64,000 nucleotides of DNA. Origin: Eledone cirrhosa (lineage: Eukaryota). A program made the position numbers and the translations under genes. Location: the NCBI GenBank assembly GCA_964016885.1, contig OZ024743.1, forward strand, positions 184,760,001-184,824,000. Direction: 5' to 3'. The notes beneath the pieces were generated by a model. It worked only from the letters and a program-made list of their open reading frames with translations, was not told the origin of the DNA and did not search any database. Of this stretch, positions 1 to 12,990 are shown one piece after another. Numbering within the stretch: position 1 is the first letter of the stretch; each line of letters starts with the position of its first letter.

Positions 1-1905
1 GAAGGTAGTTGAGGCAAGAGCCCATCTTAGGTCAATATCCCAATCTCACCATCAATCACCATCTCAAGGGAAAAAGATACAGCTTATCATGGCCAAAAAA
101 TCACTAGACGACGCTTATCTTAATGCTGAAGCCAACTATATCTCAGGTAGGATTGATCAGCTATCACAACATCACATCAGCAAACACCATCATCTTGCTT
201 GGAAGGTTGTCAAAGATCTTTCAGGCAAAAACTCAAACTCTGCAGTTAGAATCAAAGGAGGCTCTGCCAAAAAACGTCTTGAAAATTGGTCTACTCATTT
301 TAAAAACCTTCTAGGGAAAACGGCCAGACTCCCTGATAACTATCAACTGCCATCCGTTCAGGTCTCAGAGCCTTTAGGAATCAACACCTCTCCTTTCACT
401 ATGCCTGAGCTCAAAGAAACCATCAAACAGATCAAAGCCTCAAAAGCCTTTGGGCCGGATAATATACCTACCCTGATTTGGAAGAATGAGCATTTCCACA
501 TCCTTTTGCTCAACTTATGTAACCATACTTTCGAGACCAATAAACCACCTAGCGTCTGACATGCAGCTCAAATTATCCCCATGCCCAAAAATGGAGATCT
601 TTCTTTAGCCACCAACTATAGAGGAATTTCTCTCATGGCAATTGCTGCAAAAATATACAAGCTTCTTCTTAACCGCTTAATCCCATTTCTTGAGCCAATC
701 CTTCGTAACAACCAGAATGGATTTAGGAGAGGTAGATCAACACTTAGCCAGATTCTCTGCCTTCGCTGACTTATAGAGGAGTCCCAAAACCGTAATCTAG
801 ACCTTGCACTCATCTTTGTTGATTTTTCAAAAGCCTTCGACTCAGTTGACAGGTCGGGGATGTTTGAAATTCTACAACTCTATGGGATTCCTGATAAAAT
901 CATCGCGGCCATACGTGTAATGTATACAGATACCAAATCAACTGTCCTGACCCCAGATGGGGAAACACCACCTTTCTCAATCCTCGCTGGAATTTTACAG
1001 GGCGATACCCTTGCTCCATATCTATTTATTATTGTTGTGGATTATGTTTTGCGCATGTCTGTGGATAGGATTCAGGATAGGGGATACCAACTACAGCCTA
1101 GGAGAAGCTCACGCTACCCAACAAAATACTTGACCGACACCGACTTTGCTGACGACACCGCATTGATCAGTCGGACACTGGAAAATGCTGAGAGTCTTTT
1201 GAAGTCATTAGAGCAAGCGTCCAACTGTGTTGAACTGTACCTCAATCCAAGACTGAGTATGTGAACAGATGCGCAAACAGCCCAAACTACCCCATCAGAA
1301 CCCTTAATGGTACCACCCTTAAGCAGGTGGAAGATTACAAGTATCTTAGCTCATATATCTCCTCCTCCAAAAAAGATTTTCTAACCAGGAAGGGTATGGC
1401 ATGGTCAGCGTGCAATGACATGCACGCCATATGGACATCTCAACTTACCAACAAGCTAAAACTGGAAATATTCCAAGCAACCATTAAGCCCATATTACTT
1501 TATGGATCCGAAACTTGGACACTAACATCACAACTTGAGAGGAGATTGGATGGCACATATACCCGCCTCTTAATGAGAGTGCAAAACCTATCCTGGAAAC
1601 GACATCCCACCTTGTCTAAAATCTATGGCAAACTCCCTCGACCCTCTGCCCTTTTAAAATCCCAGAGAGCTCAATTTGCTGGCCACTGTCACCGTGCCAG
1701 CAATGAAATCATATCCGCTCTCTTGCTCTGGAACCCTGACTCCAGCCTGACTAGGAGTAGGAAGCTGTCATTTCCTGACGTTATCTCTAGGGATACGGGA
1801 ATCAGTAGACAGGACCTGGGGGCAGCGATAGGGGACAGGGAATTCTGGGGCATGAAAGTGAGATCCATCATCTCGACAGTAGTCGACGAATGATGATGAT
1901 GATGA
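1..1905 (+). mobile_element. RTE-clade non-LTR retrotransposon, 3' part (disrupted RT ORF), running off the window start
   Basis: ORF pieces 89-559, 581-769, 860-1264 and 1261-1893 give NYRGISL, QNGFRRGRST, GILQGDTLAPYLF, DTDFADD and LLYGSETWTLT. They are broken by stops/frameshifts and end in a (TGA)n tail at ~1890-1905. Confidence 0.9.
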
Positions 1906-1925
1906 TTATAAACTGAAAATGAGCT

Positions 1926-3812
1926 CAAACTCTCCCATGAAAAGGGCTATAGAAAACAAAGATAAACCCTAAGGCCTTCTTCAAATTTGAAAAAGAGACC
2001 GCCTTGGCACACAACGGGATAGGGCCACTTTTCCATAAAAGTGGCTCTCTGACCGCAAACCCCCAAGAGATAAGTGAGGCACTGAATGAACAATACAAAA
2101 GTGTTTTCACCCCTCCAATGAGTCACATGCAAATAAATAAGCCAGATGAGTTCTTCAACACAACTGCATTACACAGAGAAATGGCAACCATCAACCAGAT
2201 AATTTAAAAATGAAAGATGTGATATCAGCCAGAGACGAAATGAGACCAAATTTGGAGCTGGCCCTGATAGTTTCCCAAAGTGAACATTAGCAAAACCACT
2301 GCAGATCCTCTTCCAAAAATCCCTTGCAAGTGGTAAACTACCCGAAAAACCAAAAAGCATATGTCCTATCTATAAAGGAAGAAGAAGAGCAGATGCTAAA
2401 AACTACAGACCTGTCTCCCTGACCTCACATATCAGAAAAGTCATGGAATGAATCATCAGAAGGAAACTATCACTTTTCTAGAGGAAAATAATCTAACACT
2501 CAGCATAGCTTTCGCCCAGGTAGAACTTGTCTTATGCAGCTCTTACAGCATTATGGCTGGATACAACAGTTTCTAGACCATTCAAACATAGATGTGATAT
2601 ATCTCGACTTTGCAAAGGCCTTCGACAAGGTTTATCATGGAATGATATGTCACAAACTACATAGCTTTGGCATAGCTGGAAAACTAGGTGAATTGCTTCA
2701 TGACTTCTTAAAAGATAAAAGCCATACTGTTGCAGCCAATGGGGCCCTTTCAAAGGAAACGTCAATAACAAGCAGCGTGCCCCAGGGAACTGTTTTGGGG
2801 CCACTACTGTTTGTGGTGGCTCTCTCAGACGCCCTCTGTAATACAGCCAGCTTCCCTCACAAGCTCTGCTGATGACATGAAAGTAACACAGGCAATCAAG
2901 AAACCGGCTGATGCTACTCTCTTACAACATGATTTAGATACCATATATGGATGGGCTGAAAACAATATGCAATTTAATACAGGTAAGTTTCAAGCCCTCC
3001 ACTATCAACCCACAATCATAGGACCACCACAACAAAGGTACACTGGACCAGGAGGAATCAAAATCCCGGAGTCAAAATCAATATGGGACCTGGGTATTGA
3101 CATGAGCAATGATGCAACATTTCATGCACACACCACCAAAACGATGGCAATGTGCAGATGACTGGCGGATTGGATTCTGGGGACATTCAGGATAAGAGAC
3201 TCGGAAACCATGTTGGCCTTCTGGAGAACTTTTGTCCTCAGTTAACTGGACTATTGCTCTCAGCTGTGATCGTCTCACAGTATCAAACTAATTGTAGAAC
3301 TTGAAGCAATCCAATGAAAATACACCAAGATGATTGCCTCAATCAAAGAAATGAACTACAGGGAGAGGCTGAAGAAATTAAAGCTTTACTCCCTGGAGCA
3401 GAGATGGGAGAAATACGCAGTGATATACATATGGAAGATCCTGGAAGGGTTATAACCAAACTTCAGGATATTACTGTGTAATGCCAAAGGTCCTATCTGT
3501 CGCATTGAGAATAGGGACACACTGCAATAGCCTGGGGTTCAAGAGACCCCAGCTTCTTAGTATGCTGCCAAAACGATCAGAGATTTACAAGGTGTGCATG
3601 TAGATGTTTTCAAAAGACATCTCGACATTCTACTGATCAAGGTCCCAGATTAACCCACAAATAAGAGGTGAAGCACAAATAAGAGCAGCAGCAACAAACT
3701 CCCTTTTGCATTAATGGACAACCAGGGAAGGCTGGCTATAGAAAGTGTAGCATCAGTGGTGGTGCCCCAGCATGGCCTCAGCCCCCCGGTTGGAACACAA
3801 ATAAATAAATAA
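1926..3812 (+). mobile_element. Degenerate CR1-like LINE, 5'-truncated
   Basis: Fragments NYRPVSLTSH (2401), YLDFAKAFDKV, VPQGTVLGPLLF and ADD; many frameshifts; (TAAA)n tail at ~3798-3812. Similar to the element at 38.8-40.5 kb. Confidence 0.85.
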
Positions 3813-4351
3813 ATATATATAATATTGGTTAGACTGGGAGAAGGAAAACTCAGTATATGGGTAGAGTGATGTATATACCAATGAGTGAAGGGCCAGAAAT
3901 TTGGGGCTTAAATTTTGAAGAGTACACAAAACTGGATTTGAGACACTTGTATAACTTCACACCTATAATATATATTATAGTATATCAAATTGTTTAATGA
4001 TTATATAATATAGCAGATAAAAAAATGAGGAGCTTATGTCTTCTGATCAAAGAATGCAATGCCTGTTATAGAATATATAAATTCAATATGTAAAAGTTAG
4101 AATTTTAATTTAAAATGGACAAGGAGAGACAGTCAGGCAGACATATGAACACCAAAATAATTTGGAGGGATTTAGTAATATAACTAACTTTCTAATTATG
4201 AAATTGGCATTTGGAGCATAACTTAAAGGTTCTTACATAAAATTATGATAGGTTTTAGATAAATATATACATTTTAAAAGAAACAATTTTCTATCACTCG
4301 ACCAGAAACATTTTTAGGTTTGGTATCATGAAAAGGCAAAAGATGATAATT

Positions 4352-4403
4352 CCATGCTAGCGTGGAAAGTGGACGTTAAACGAGGATGATGATGATGATG
4401 ATG
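4352..4403 (+). mobile_element. Very short RTE/SINE 3'-tail insertion
   Basis: ccatgctagcgtggaaagtggacgttaaacg followed by (GAT)n, matching the 3' ends of the RTE copies in this window. Confidence 0.7.
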
Positions 4404-4868
4404 AAAAGAAACAAGAACAATATAAAAAAAACATGCATTGACCCTTATTTTTGACCATATTCTTTTGAAATATACTGTTAAAGTGTTTAAATTTATTTTG
4501 AAAATAATAAAAAATGCAAAGGAATTTAGTGATGTCTAGAATATTACTTATAATATTCTTACATAAATCATGATTAAAGGCTTTCGGTGTTCATCATAAA
4601 TAAATATTTCAATGTGCTGAAATTAATGTAAATCTAATTCTGCTCAAAACACTTGGCTTTGAAAGAAGTTGGAACATTCATGCACTATTAAATCAGTACC
4701 TTAGATTTTTCTCAAAGAATTTGATCGTAAATTTTAAACCAGTCTCAAAGGGTTAATTATATAGGCTAAGACAACAAAGTGATCAAACATAAAAGTGATA
4801 AAATATCAATAGTGTATTATACACGTTAACAATATAAAGGAAACAAGCACAAGATTAGTGACACTAAC

Positions 4869-4880
4869 TTCTGCAGAGTG
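4869..4880 (-). CDS. TPD52: Candidate 12-nt phase-0 microexon of the TPD52-family gene (HSAE)
   Basis: Minus strand ttaatttatctatccag|CACTCTGCAGAA|gttagt. Frame is compatible with the phase-0 end of the 6452-6487 exon. No homology support. Confidence 0.35.
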
Positions 4881-4984
4881 CTGGATAGATAAATTAATAT
4901 TAAGAATTACTTGCTTATGTCATTCAGTATACCAACACTTACTCAATATATGTTTGTCTTCTTTATATATATATATATATATAA

Positions 4985-5284
4985 AAGATCATGTAAGTGT
5001 CAAGACAAAAAGTGGCCAGTCCCCACTATAAAGTGGTTGTGTAGGTGTCATGATAAAAAGGACCCAGAACACACTGTAAATTGGTTAAGTAGGTGTTATG
5101 ACAAAAAGCACCCAGCCCACACTGTAAATGTGGTTGGCATTAGGAAGGGCATCCAACCATAGAAACCAAGCCAAAATCAGTTCTATGTGAGCAAAACACG
5201 GTCCTACGATCTGGATCTTTCACAATGAGACAGTCCCTCCTATCCAAGCTAGTGTGGACAATGGACATTAAATGATGATGATGA
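4985..5284 (+). mobile_element. RTE 3'UTR / SINE-tail fragment with internal ~45-nt tandem repeats
   Basis: Repeated cactgtaaa..ggt..gtaggtgtcatgac motifs, aggaagggcatccaaccatagaaa, and a (GAT)n tail. Confidence 0.7.
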
Positions 5285-6451
5285 TATATATGCTTCAGTG
5301 AACAAGGACAAAATAACACTAGCTCATTTAACAATTGGTGCTATAAATTTCTAATAAAAACTTTTCATTCATCAATATAAATCCTTTATTAACTAGACTG
5401 AAAAAAATTGTTACTAGTTAATTGAATTATATTGAGTTAAAAACAAAAAACTGTTTCAATGACTTAAACTAAATATAATTCAATATGTTAAATATTACTA
5501 AAGATACCATTTCAACCTTTAGTTTTTCCAACAAATACACACCTCAATTATAGTCCAGGTGTACGACTTAGTTTCAAGTGGTTAAAAATATCTTCACTTC
5601 CCATACAATTCTTAATGAAAGATAGCAATGTCCTGAAATTCCATCTCTCTTTCCTTATTAACTGGTAGATATATGTGAAATAGTTACAATTGGGCTGTCA
5701 GTTGCATGCATTGTGAAAGGTACTTTGCAGCTATCTTTCAGATAATATAGATAAGCAATGTTTCTTTGCTTCACTGCTTGAGCCATATGTGGTTAAATAA
5801 AACAGAAAAGATTGAATTCTACTCTTTTCTTCTCTAACAATCCTATGGCTACATATGGAGGAGGGGGAGATAAAAGATTATCAAATCTTCACTCATTCAG
5901 ATTATGTATCATTTTAACAATTCACAAATTACTTCATTTATCAGAGGAAGATATTTTACATTAGCTTTCCCATGCTTGTACATGTGGGGTGGAGCCCAGA
6001 GCTTATCCTGGTTCCACAGGCATTGAACAACTTAGAGTACAAGACTTTCCCACAGACAGGTTGCCAGTCCATCACAGGGCTATACCTCTGCTGTAAATGG
6101 TACTTATTTTAATCTGAGTGAACTAGAGCAAAATGGAATAAACATGCAATTCAGTCTGGAAATCAAACTCAATCTTATAATTGTGATCTCAACACTCTAA
6201 CCACTAGGTCACACACTTAAACTCCTGCACTTACACCATTCATTTCAAGACTGAGGAAATATTATAGTTCAAATAAATAATACAAATTCACAATGACCAA
6301 AGCAACATAACATGCAGTTATACAATAATATAACTAAAACATAAAGAAGTGAAAAAGCAAATATTATTTGGTGATATCACAATAGTTACTACTACAGCTT
6401 CTAACAACAATATCAACAACAACAACTTTACTACAAACAGCTGGGACTCAC

Positions 6452-6487
6452 CAATTTATCTTTTAAATTCTCAATTGACTTTGAAGT
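6452..6487 (-). CDS. TPD52: TPD52-family gene exon (TSKSIENLKDKL), 36 nt, phase 0-0
   Basis: attctgtttag|ACTTCAAAG...GATAAATTG|gtgagt; in frame with the preceding exon. Confidence 0.7.
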
Positions 6488-6689
6488 CTAAACAGAATAT
6501 TTATTGTTAGTAAAAATTCAGGGCAGGATTAAGAAATAAAAAAACACAGTTTAATTCTAATTTTAACAAACAATTTCATTGGACTAAAGCAAAGAAAATA
6601 GATTTAGAAATAATTGTCAACGTTTAAGTTGACAAAGTCAAGCACAATAGGCAGCACCTAAATCAGTTCAGTATTGTTAGTATTATAAT

Positions 6690-7205
6690 TGAGGGTGATG
6701 GATTGGCAGTATCAGTAAAGTAGCGGTCAAAATGCTTTGCAGTATTTAGTCACAAATTTCTACATTCTGAATTCAAATCCTGCTGAGGTTAGTTTTGCCT
6801 TTCATCATTATGGAGTCGATAAAATAAAGTACCAGTAACATACTGGGGTTGATTTAATTGACTTTCCCCTTCTCCCAAATTGTAGGCCTTGAGCCTAAAT
6901 TAAAAATCATCATTATAATAATTAAACCTAATGGAGTGGCAAAATGATTAAAATGTCAGACAAAATGCTTTGCTGCATTTATGACTCTTTAAGGTCTGAG
7001 TTCAAATCCCGCTGAGGTCAACTTTGCCATTCAGCCATCCTTGGATCAATGAATTATTATTATCAAGGTTGGTAGACTGATAGAATCGTTAGAGCATTCG
7101 GCAAAATGCTTTTTGGTATATAGTCATGGTCCTTTACATTCTAAGTTCAAACCCTGCCATTTATCCTCCCAGGATTGATAAAATAAGTACTAGGATTGAT
7201 TTAAT
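6690..7205 (+). mobile_element. Cluster of three tandem degenerate tRNA-derived SINEs (family A)
   Basis: Three copies of ggcag..tcgttag...caaaatgctt...ctgagttcaaatcc(cg)ctgaggt.aactttgcctttcatc...gataaaataagtac, containing a B-box-like gagttcaaatcc. Confidence 0.75.
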
Positions 7206-7358
7206 CATATGTATATTTAAACACCACTACAGGAGAAATATTGCAAAAAATATAGGTGCTGCCTCCCATTGTGATCTCGAAAGTAATAAAAATTCATCTT
7301 TATTTTGTTTTTAGTGTTTTTGCTTAGTATGATTTTTTAATGTTTTTTTTCCTTTGTT

Positions 7359-7840
7359 TTAACCATTTCTTATGAAATACATTGTCCATATGCTTCCATT
7401 AAGTTTTGAAATAATCAAGAAATCAGAGGGATTTAGCAAAACATAACTGATTTTTTTGTGATGAAGCTGGTGTTTGGAACAACATAACAGAAGGTTCTTA
7501 CATAAAATTTTGAGAGCAGGTTTAAATCTAAATAAAATACTTTAAAATAGATACATTTGTATCATAGAGTCAGGGTGGTCCCAGGCAGCTTGGTATCAAA
7601 AGGGGTTAAATGAAGTTTAAACTTTTAGATACCAACATGCCTGAAATTGCCACTGGTCTTACAATACAAAACTGTTTGTTTTAAAGTGTCTATATCTACT
7701 TAAAAATCTTTCATCATAATTTTACATCGAAATCTTTGTTAAGTTATGCTCCAAATACCAGCTTAATAATGACTAAGTTAATAATATTACTAAATCCCTC
7801 CAAATTCTCAATTATTTTGAAAATTATTTGAAAAACACAG

Positions 7841-7880
<40 letters not shown>

Positions 7881-7908
7881 ATTAGAAATGAGGTAAGAAA
7901 AGGGTTAA
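7359..7908. mobile_element. Two adjacent, oppositely oriented copies of a TTAA-flanked MITE
   Basis: Ends ...aaaaggggttaa (~7609) and ...aaaagggttaa (~7907). The body matches the 21394-21639 copy (gatacaaaac..tttgttttaaa.tgtctatatcta). Confidence 0.65.
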
Positions 7909-7957
7909 CTTAATTTAGAAAATTTCCTTCTAGAAAGAGCTATCAAGTAGGACTCAC

Positions 7958-8018
7958 CTTTACATTAGTGTAAGCATTTTCCATTCGCTCTTCCACTGTC
8001 TTGAATGTTTGAGAATTT
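7958..8018 (-). CDS. TPD52: TPD52-family gene exon ([R]NSQTFKTVEERMENAYTNVK), phase 2-0
   Basis: ttatttcag|AAATTCTCAA...AATGTAAAG|gtgagt; matches the D52 motif NSPTFKSFEEKV. Confidence 0.92.
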
Positions 8019-8193
8019 CTGAAATAACGAAAATTCAATATAAAATCAACCAGATGAAATCAATCAACTAATGTTTTTAATAATGTGTCACAAAAAATAT
8101 TTTTAAAAAGTGTGTCATCAATGTGAAAAGCTTTCTGATTTATACATTAACTTAAATTGGAAAAACACAAAAGACTAGCATATGCAAACACTA

Positions 8194-9395
8194 CATCATC
8201 ATTTAACGTCCATTTTTCCACGCTAGCATGGGTTAAATGAGTCGTCCTGTTGTGAGACAAACCAGGTCAGATGACCACATCTTGTTCATACTGAACTAAT
8301 TTTGGCTGGATGCCCCTCCTAACACCACTCACATTTACAGTGTGTGCTGGGTGCTTTGTCATGACACTCACACGACCACATTACAGCGTGGACTGGGTGA
8401 TTTTTGTCATGTCAACTACACGACCACCTTACAGTGTGGGCACTTTTTGTTGACACCTACATGACCACTTTACAGTGAGGGCTGGGAACATGGGTGGGGG
8501 GAGGTAGATTTGGGACGTGTGTGAGGAGCAGTGTTATAACATGGGTGGAGTGTTAGGACACTGGTGGACTGTTATGACATGGGTTGAGTGTTAGACATGG
8601 GTTGAGGGTTAGGACATGGGTGGTGTATGGAAGGGATGATGGAGATGAAGGTGATGCATATTAGATGTATGCTTCAACCTATGCTCATGGGAAGGCAAGT
8701 CTTCTATATTACTGCATAATGCCACAGAGATCTCAGTCCTGCCATCACCTTTCAGTGGTGCAATTGTGCAAGGTCAGCTTTTATCACCTTATTCCAAGTC
8801 TTCCATCAACTTTGAATACCCTGCAGATTTTTTTACAGCTGTCATCTTTCCTACACATCACATATCCATACCAATGCTATCTTCTCTCCTGAACACTACA
8901 TCTGATCCCTCTTATGTCCAGTGTCTCTCTCACTTCATTTATGCTTTGCTGTTCACGTACAGTACCATATTACACATCCATCGAAGCATGCAAGCTTCAT
9001 TACTTTCCAATCTTTGCAGGTCCTCTGCACACAGCGCCCAGGCATCAATATCATGCAGCATTACTGTTTGTATACATGCATCATATAATCTGCCCTTCAT
9101 TTTGAGGGGAAAAACCTTTTGTAGTCAACATTGGTAGTAGTTCCCTGAACTTCTTCCATCCCATTCTAACTCTGGTTACTGTACTTTCAGAACACTTACT
9201 TCCACTGCTAATTTGGTCACCCAGGTAGCACAAGCTGTCTACTGCTTCTACAGAACCTTCCAAGAATTTGAAAGCACTTCTTTCCTGTGGGCATTTGCTG
9301 CTTACTATTTCTGTGCAATGTAAAACCTACATTCTTAGCTAATCTACCTGAGATCCCACATCTCTTGTGTACCCATAGTTTACATTTGGGATGTA
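8194..9395 (-). mobile_element. Older, degenerate RTE LINE 3' fragment with 3'UTR
   Basis: EGSVEAVDSLCYLGDQISSG..SESTVTRVRMGWKKFRELLP; tandem-repeat 3'UTR; catcatcat tail at ~8194. Confidence 0.85.
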
Positions 9396-9804
9396 ACTAT
9401 AGTTTTTATATGTTGTTATACATTAAAACATTACACATATATTTTAAATGTTATACATTTATTATCTTAGCTAAATAACCCAACATAGATAATAGAACAT
9501 TTATTTCTTGGTTCCATTCTTACAAGAATATCTCTATTTGTACTTGATTTAGAATAAGTACACCATATGCCTGCATGTTGTAAGAAGAGGCTAAAAGGGT
9601 TGGTGTCAGAAAGGATACCTGGCTGTAAAACATGGCCTCAGTGATGAGTATGCAGTCTATTATGGGAAAATGCCCTAAAAACTTATTTTTGTTGATGTTG
9701 CATTCTTAGAAGAATAATTTAGAAACTGTCATACAATACAATACATTATATATGTGGATACATTTTTTAATAGTTAATATATGTATTGTAAAAACAAATG
9801 TTAC

Positions 9805-9906
9805 CTCATTTCATCAAATTTTTTGCTTACTGAAGCACCAAGTACTGAAATGGCAGATGTAGTTTTCTCAGAAGCAGTCTTCATAACAGCAGAAGTCTTC
9901 TGGTAT
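9805..9906 (-). CDS. TPD52: TPD52-family gene exon (YQKTSAVMKTASEKTTSAISVLGASVSKKFDEM[R]), phase 2-2
   Basis: ttttttctacag|ATACCAGAAG...GAAATGAG|gtaaca; resembles vertebrate YKKTSETLSQAGQKASAAFSSVGSVITKKLEDVK. Confidence 0.93.
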
Positions 9907-10002
9907 CTGTAGAAAAAAAACATATTTGTATACATATATATATATATAATAATGATGATGATGATGATGATGATAATAATAATAATAATACCAAATAGAT
10001 AG

Positions 10003-10103
10003 ATAATTGTTTCTACTTTTGGCACAAGGCCAGCAATTATCCAGTGCATTACTGGTACTTTATTTTATCGACCCCGTAAGGATGAAAGGCAAAGTTAACC
10101 TCG
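10003..10103 (-). mobile_element. SINE family A, 3' half
   Basis: ggcacaaggccagcaa...actggtactttattttatcgaccccg.aaggatgaaaggcaaagttaacctcg; near-identical to the copies at 11200-11390 and 56237-56320. Confidence 0.7.
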
Positions 10104-11199
10104 AATAATAGTAATTCATGAAATGACTTGATGCATATAACTATAGAGATTACAACATGCTTTGATAAAAAGAAAACAGAAAAAGAAATTATTAATGATT
10201 ACTTCAGGAAAATAATCAATTTAAAATCATTAGATACATTATTATTAAAGAGTTACTGAAATTAGATGTATTATTTCAAATAAAAAAAAATACAAACATT
10301 CAGGCATGCACATATATGATAAATTTGTTTGCTTTCTGAGAATACAAACCTGATTGCCACAAAGATGCATTAAGAAAATATATTCAACAGTAGTCAGAGT
10401 AACAAGAGTGGCTCAGTTATTTTATGAAGTATTTCTGTAGAAATTTAGCCAATCGATCATTGCTGTTATTCTCTCAGCATACCAAATGGAACAAATTAAA
10501 TACCATAATAAAAGTACATGCAAACTGAATAAGCAGCAACAGCTGAAACTGGGAGGAAATTATCATGCAAAAAAAAAAGAAAAAAAAAAAAAGGAGGATG
10601 GGTAAATAAAATAATTTTGTGCAGAGCGGTAAGTCTGCAAAGGAAATATTGAGGTGAACATCATGGGATCATCAGCGAGGATTATAAAATTCAAATTATA
10701 CCAGACTAAGTGGCTATTTTTAAGTAAAGCCCTACAGTCATGCAGAGCAGTGTTGGAATCTGGAACTAACAAAAGTTAATAATAAAAAGCAATACTTCTT
10801 GATAAAAGAGAAAATCAATCAGGTGAAATGCTGAAATTCTTTTTGGTTACTGTTTGTAGAATAAAGCAATTTTATGGTCAACACTAAAAACAAAACCACT
10901 GAAAAACTGTGCCTTACAGAAAAGATAGTAGCTGAAGATTTAATTTTAAGCTGAGACATTTTCTAACAAAAAATAAAGACAAATTAAAAAAATAACAAAA
11001 AAAACTATAGCCATAACAAATGAAACCTTACATGAATTATGTTAAAACATGCAAAATATTTCCTTAGATATAAACTCTATTAACATGTCAAAATTGATCA
11101 AACCTAAAAGTTGCACCTAACAATACCTTTAGCTCACCTCTGAGTATGGGTTGACTATTTTTTCTATTTCCTTCAAGTTAAGTAAACCAACAGTACCAA

Positions 11200-11390
11200 A
11201 TAATTGTTTCTATTTTAGGCACAAGGCCAGCAACTACCCAATACATTACTGGTACTTTATTTTATCGACCCCGCAAGGATGAAAGGCAAAGTTAACCTCG
11301 GCGGGATTTGAACTCAGATCATAAAGGGACGTAACTCTATGCTGCAAAGCATGGCGTCCGACCCTCTACCGATACTGTCAATCCACGCCC
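11200..11390 (-). mobile_element. tRNA-derived SINE family A, full-length copy with apparent TSD
   Basis: Complete body with B-box; flanked by a direct repeat ccaacagtaccaaataat (~11187-11204 and ~11389-11406). Confidence 0.8.
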
Positions 11391-11489
11391 AACAGTACCA
11401 AATAATGATCATAAATTGAACATAAAAAAATCAATTTTAGTAAACTTTCCCATTATATTTATCATTATGAAATCCAATATGTCCATTAA

Positions 11490-12508
11490 AGCAAGTGCTA
11501 AATCTGGTGAATAGGGCAGGTGTGGAAGCGATACAATGTTGTTTTGGGAGAGAAATTGAGTGAGGAAAGCTAGGTGACAGGGTGCACTGTTATCATGAAG
11601 AATCCAGTTCTTCGCACTCCACAGTTCCAGTTGCTTTTGCCAAACGTCCTCCCTTAAACAGCTCAAAACGTTGCAGTAGAACTCTCGATTGATGGTCTGG
11701 CCCTGGAGGATGAATTCTCAATGCACAATACTGCTGATATGAAAAAAAAAACAATGAGCATGCTCTTGATCAAGCTGTGGCTCTGTCGTGTCTTCTTCAG
11801 AGATGAAGGGCTTTTCCACTGTGTCAACTGCTGCTTTGTCTCAGGGCCGTACCTGTAGACCCAACTCTTGTCACCAGAGATGATTCTTGACATGAAGGAA
11901 AGGTCATCTGTGGCATGCAGATGGAGATTTTGATGCAATGTTCTTCCGGCTCAGTGGTCAGCAGGCCGGGGAAAAACTTAGCAGCGACACACTGCATGTT
12001 CAATTCAGACGTTAGGATTGCCTGCACGGATGCATATGACAGACCAACAACATCAGCAATATCATTGATTGTCCTCTGACAATCCTCATGCACAAGCTCA
12101 TTAATTTTCTCCACATTTCTGGGGGTGACACTCACGGCAGGTCTTCATGATCGCTTGTCATCTTCCAGGGAGGTTTTTCCACTTTTGAAGTATTCATGCC
12201 ACTCAAAACATTGCGTACGACCAATTGCCTCGTCGCCGTAAGCTTGCCAAAGCAACTCAATGTCTCTGTAGCAGACTTTCCAAGTTGAATGCAAAATTTC
12301 ACATTGGCTCTTTGTTCCAACTCCCTGTTCATGACAAAATCACAAGCTACAACACACATGATCACAAAAAACACAAATTTCTCAACTTGCAAGTGAATGC
12401 AGCGATGTCACTCAGCACATGAAGGTCACTGCTAGCTCTCACTGCATGCGCAACCATGTGTTACTCTGCTACAGAACTAGTCCAGAAACTTTTTGATACC
12501 ACCTTGTA
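11490..12508 (-). mobile_element. Tc1/mariner DNA transposon relic (frameshifted transposase, one TIR)
   Basis: EQRANVKFC..LGKSATET (HTH), GDKSWVYRY.PETKQQ, LHDNSAPCH and HLPYSPDLA. A 5' TIR reads TAcaaggtggtatcaaaaagtttctgg on the minus strand at ~12480-12508; the 3' end is missing. Confidence 0.9.
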
Positions 12509-12849
12509 TTTAGTTTAGAATATGGACACCATATCCCTGCATGTTGTAAGTGGTAACTAAAAGACTCGACACCAGCAAGGGCATCTGGCTGTAAAATGCT
12601 GCCTCAAAAAGGACTCAATAATAAATATGAAGCATGCCATGAGACACATATGGCTAAGCTATGCTTTAGCAGGGAAGCTAGTCTTAAATCCAAAGGGGCC
12701 TGTTCTGAGCAAATTGATCCCAGGATTTCATTTCGTTGCGCATGCCTTTCAGTGTTGCCTCCAAGCTATCTCCGTAGCACTTTTATCTGGCATCTAGCTG
12801 CAATCTCACCTTATAAGAGTTACTTTGATATATTCAATTCTATTGACCC

Positions 12850-12990
12850 TAGTACAGGACAAGTGACAAGTACTCATTTCATCAACCCTGAAAGGATGAA
12901 AGGCAAAATTGACCTGGGTTGGATTTGAACTCACAATATAAAGAAATGTAACTAAATACTATAAAGCATTTTATCTACAGTTTCACTGCC
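12850..12990 (-). mobile_element. Degenerate SINE family A
   Basis: gtactcatttcatcaaccctgaaaggatgaaaggcaaaattgacc...atttgaactca. Confidence 0.6.

Noticed and set aside
11138-11170. Donor-like gtgagc with upstream AGs
   Set aside because: Candidate exons are either frameshifting or contain an in-frame stop, and the acceptors are weak.
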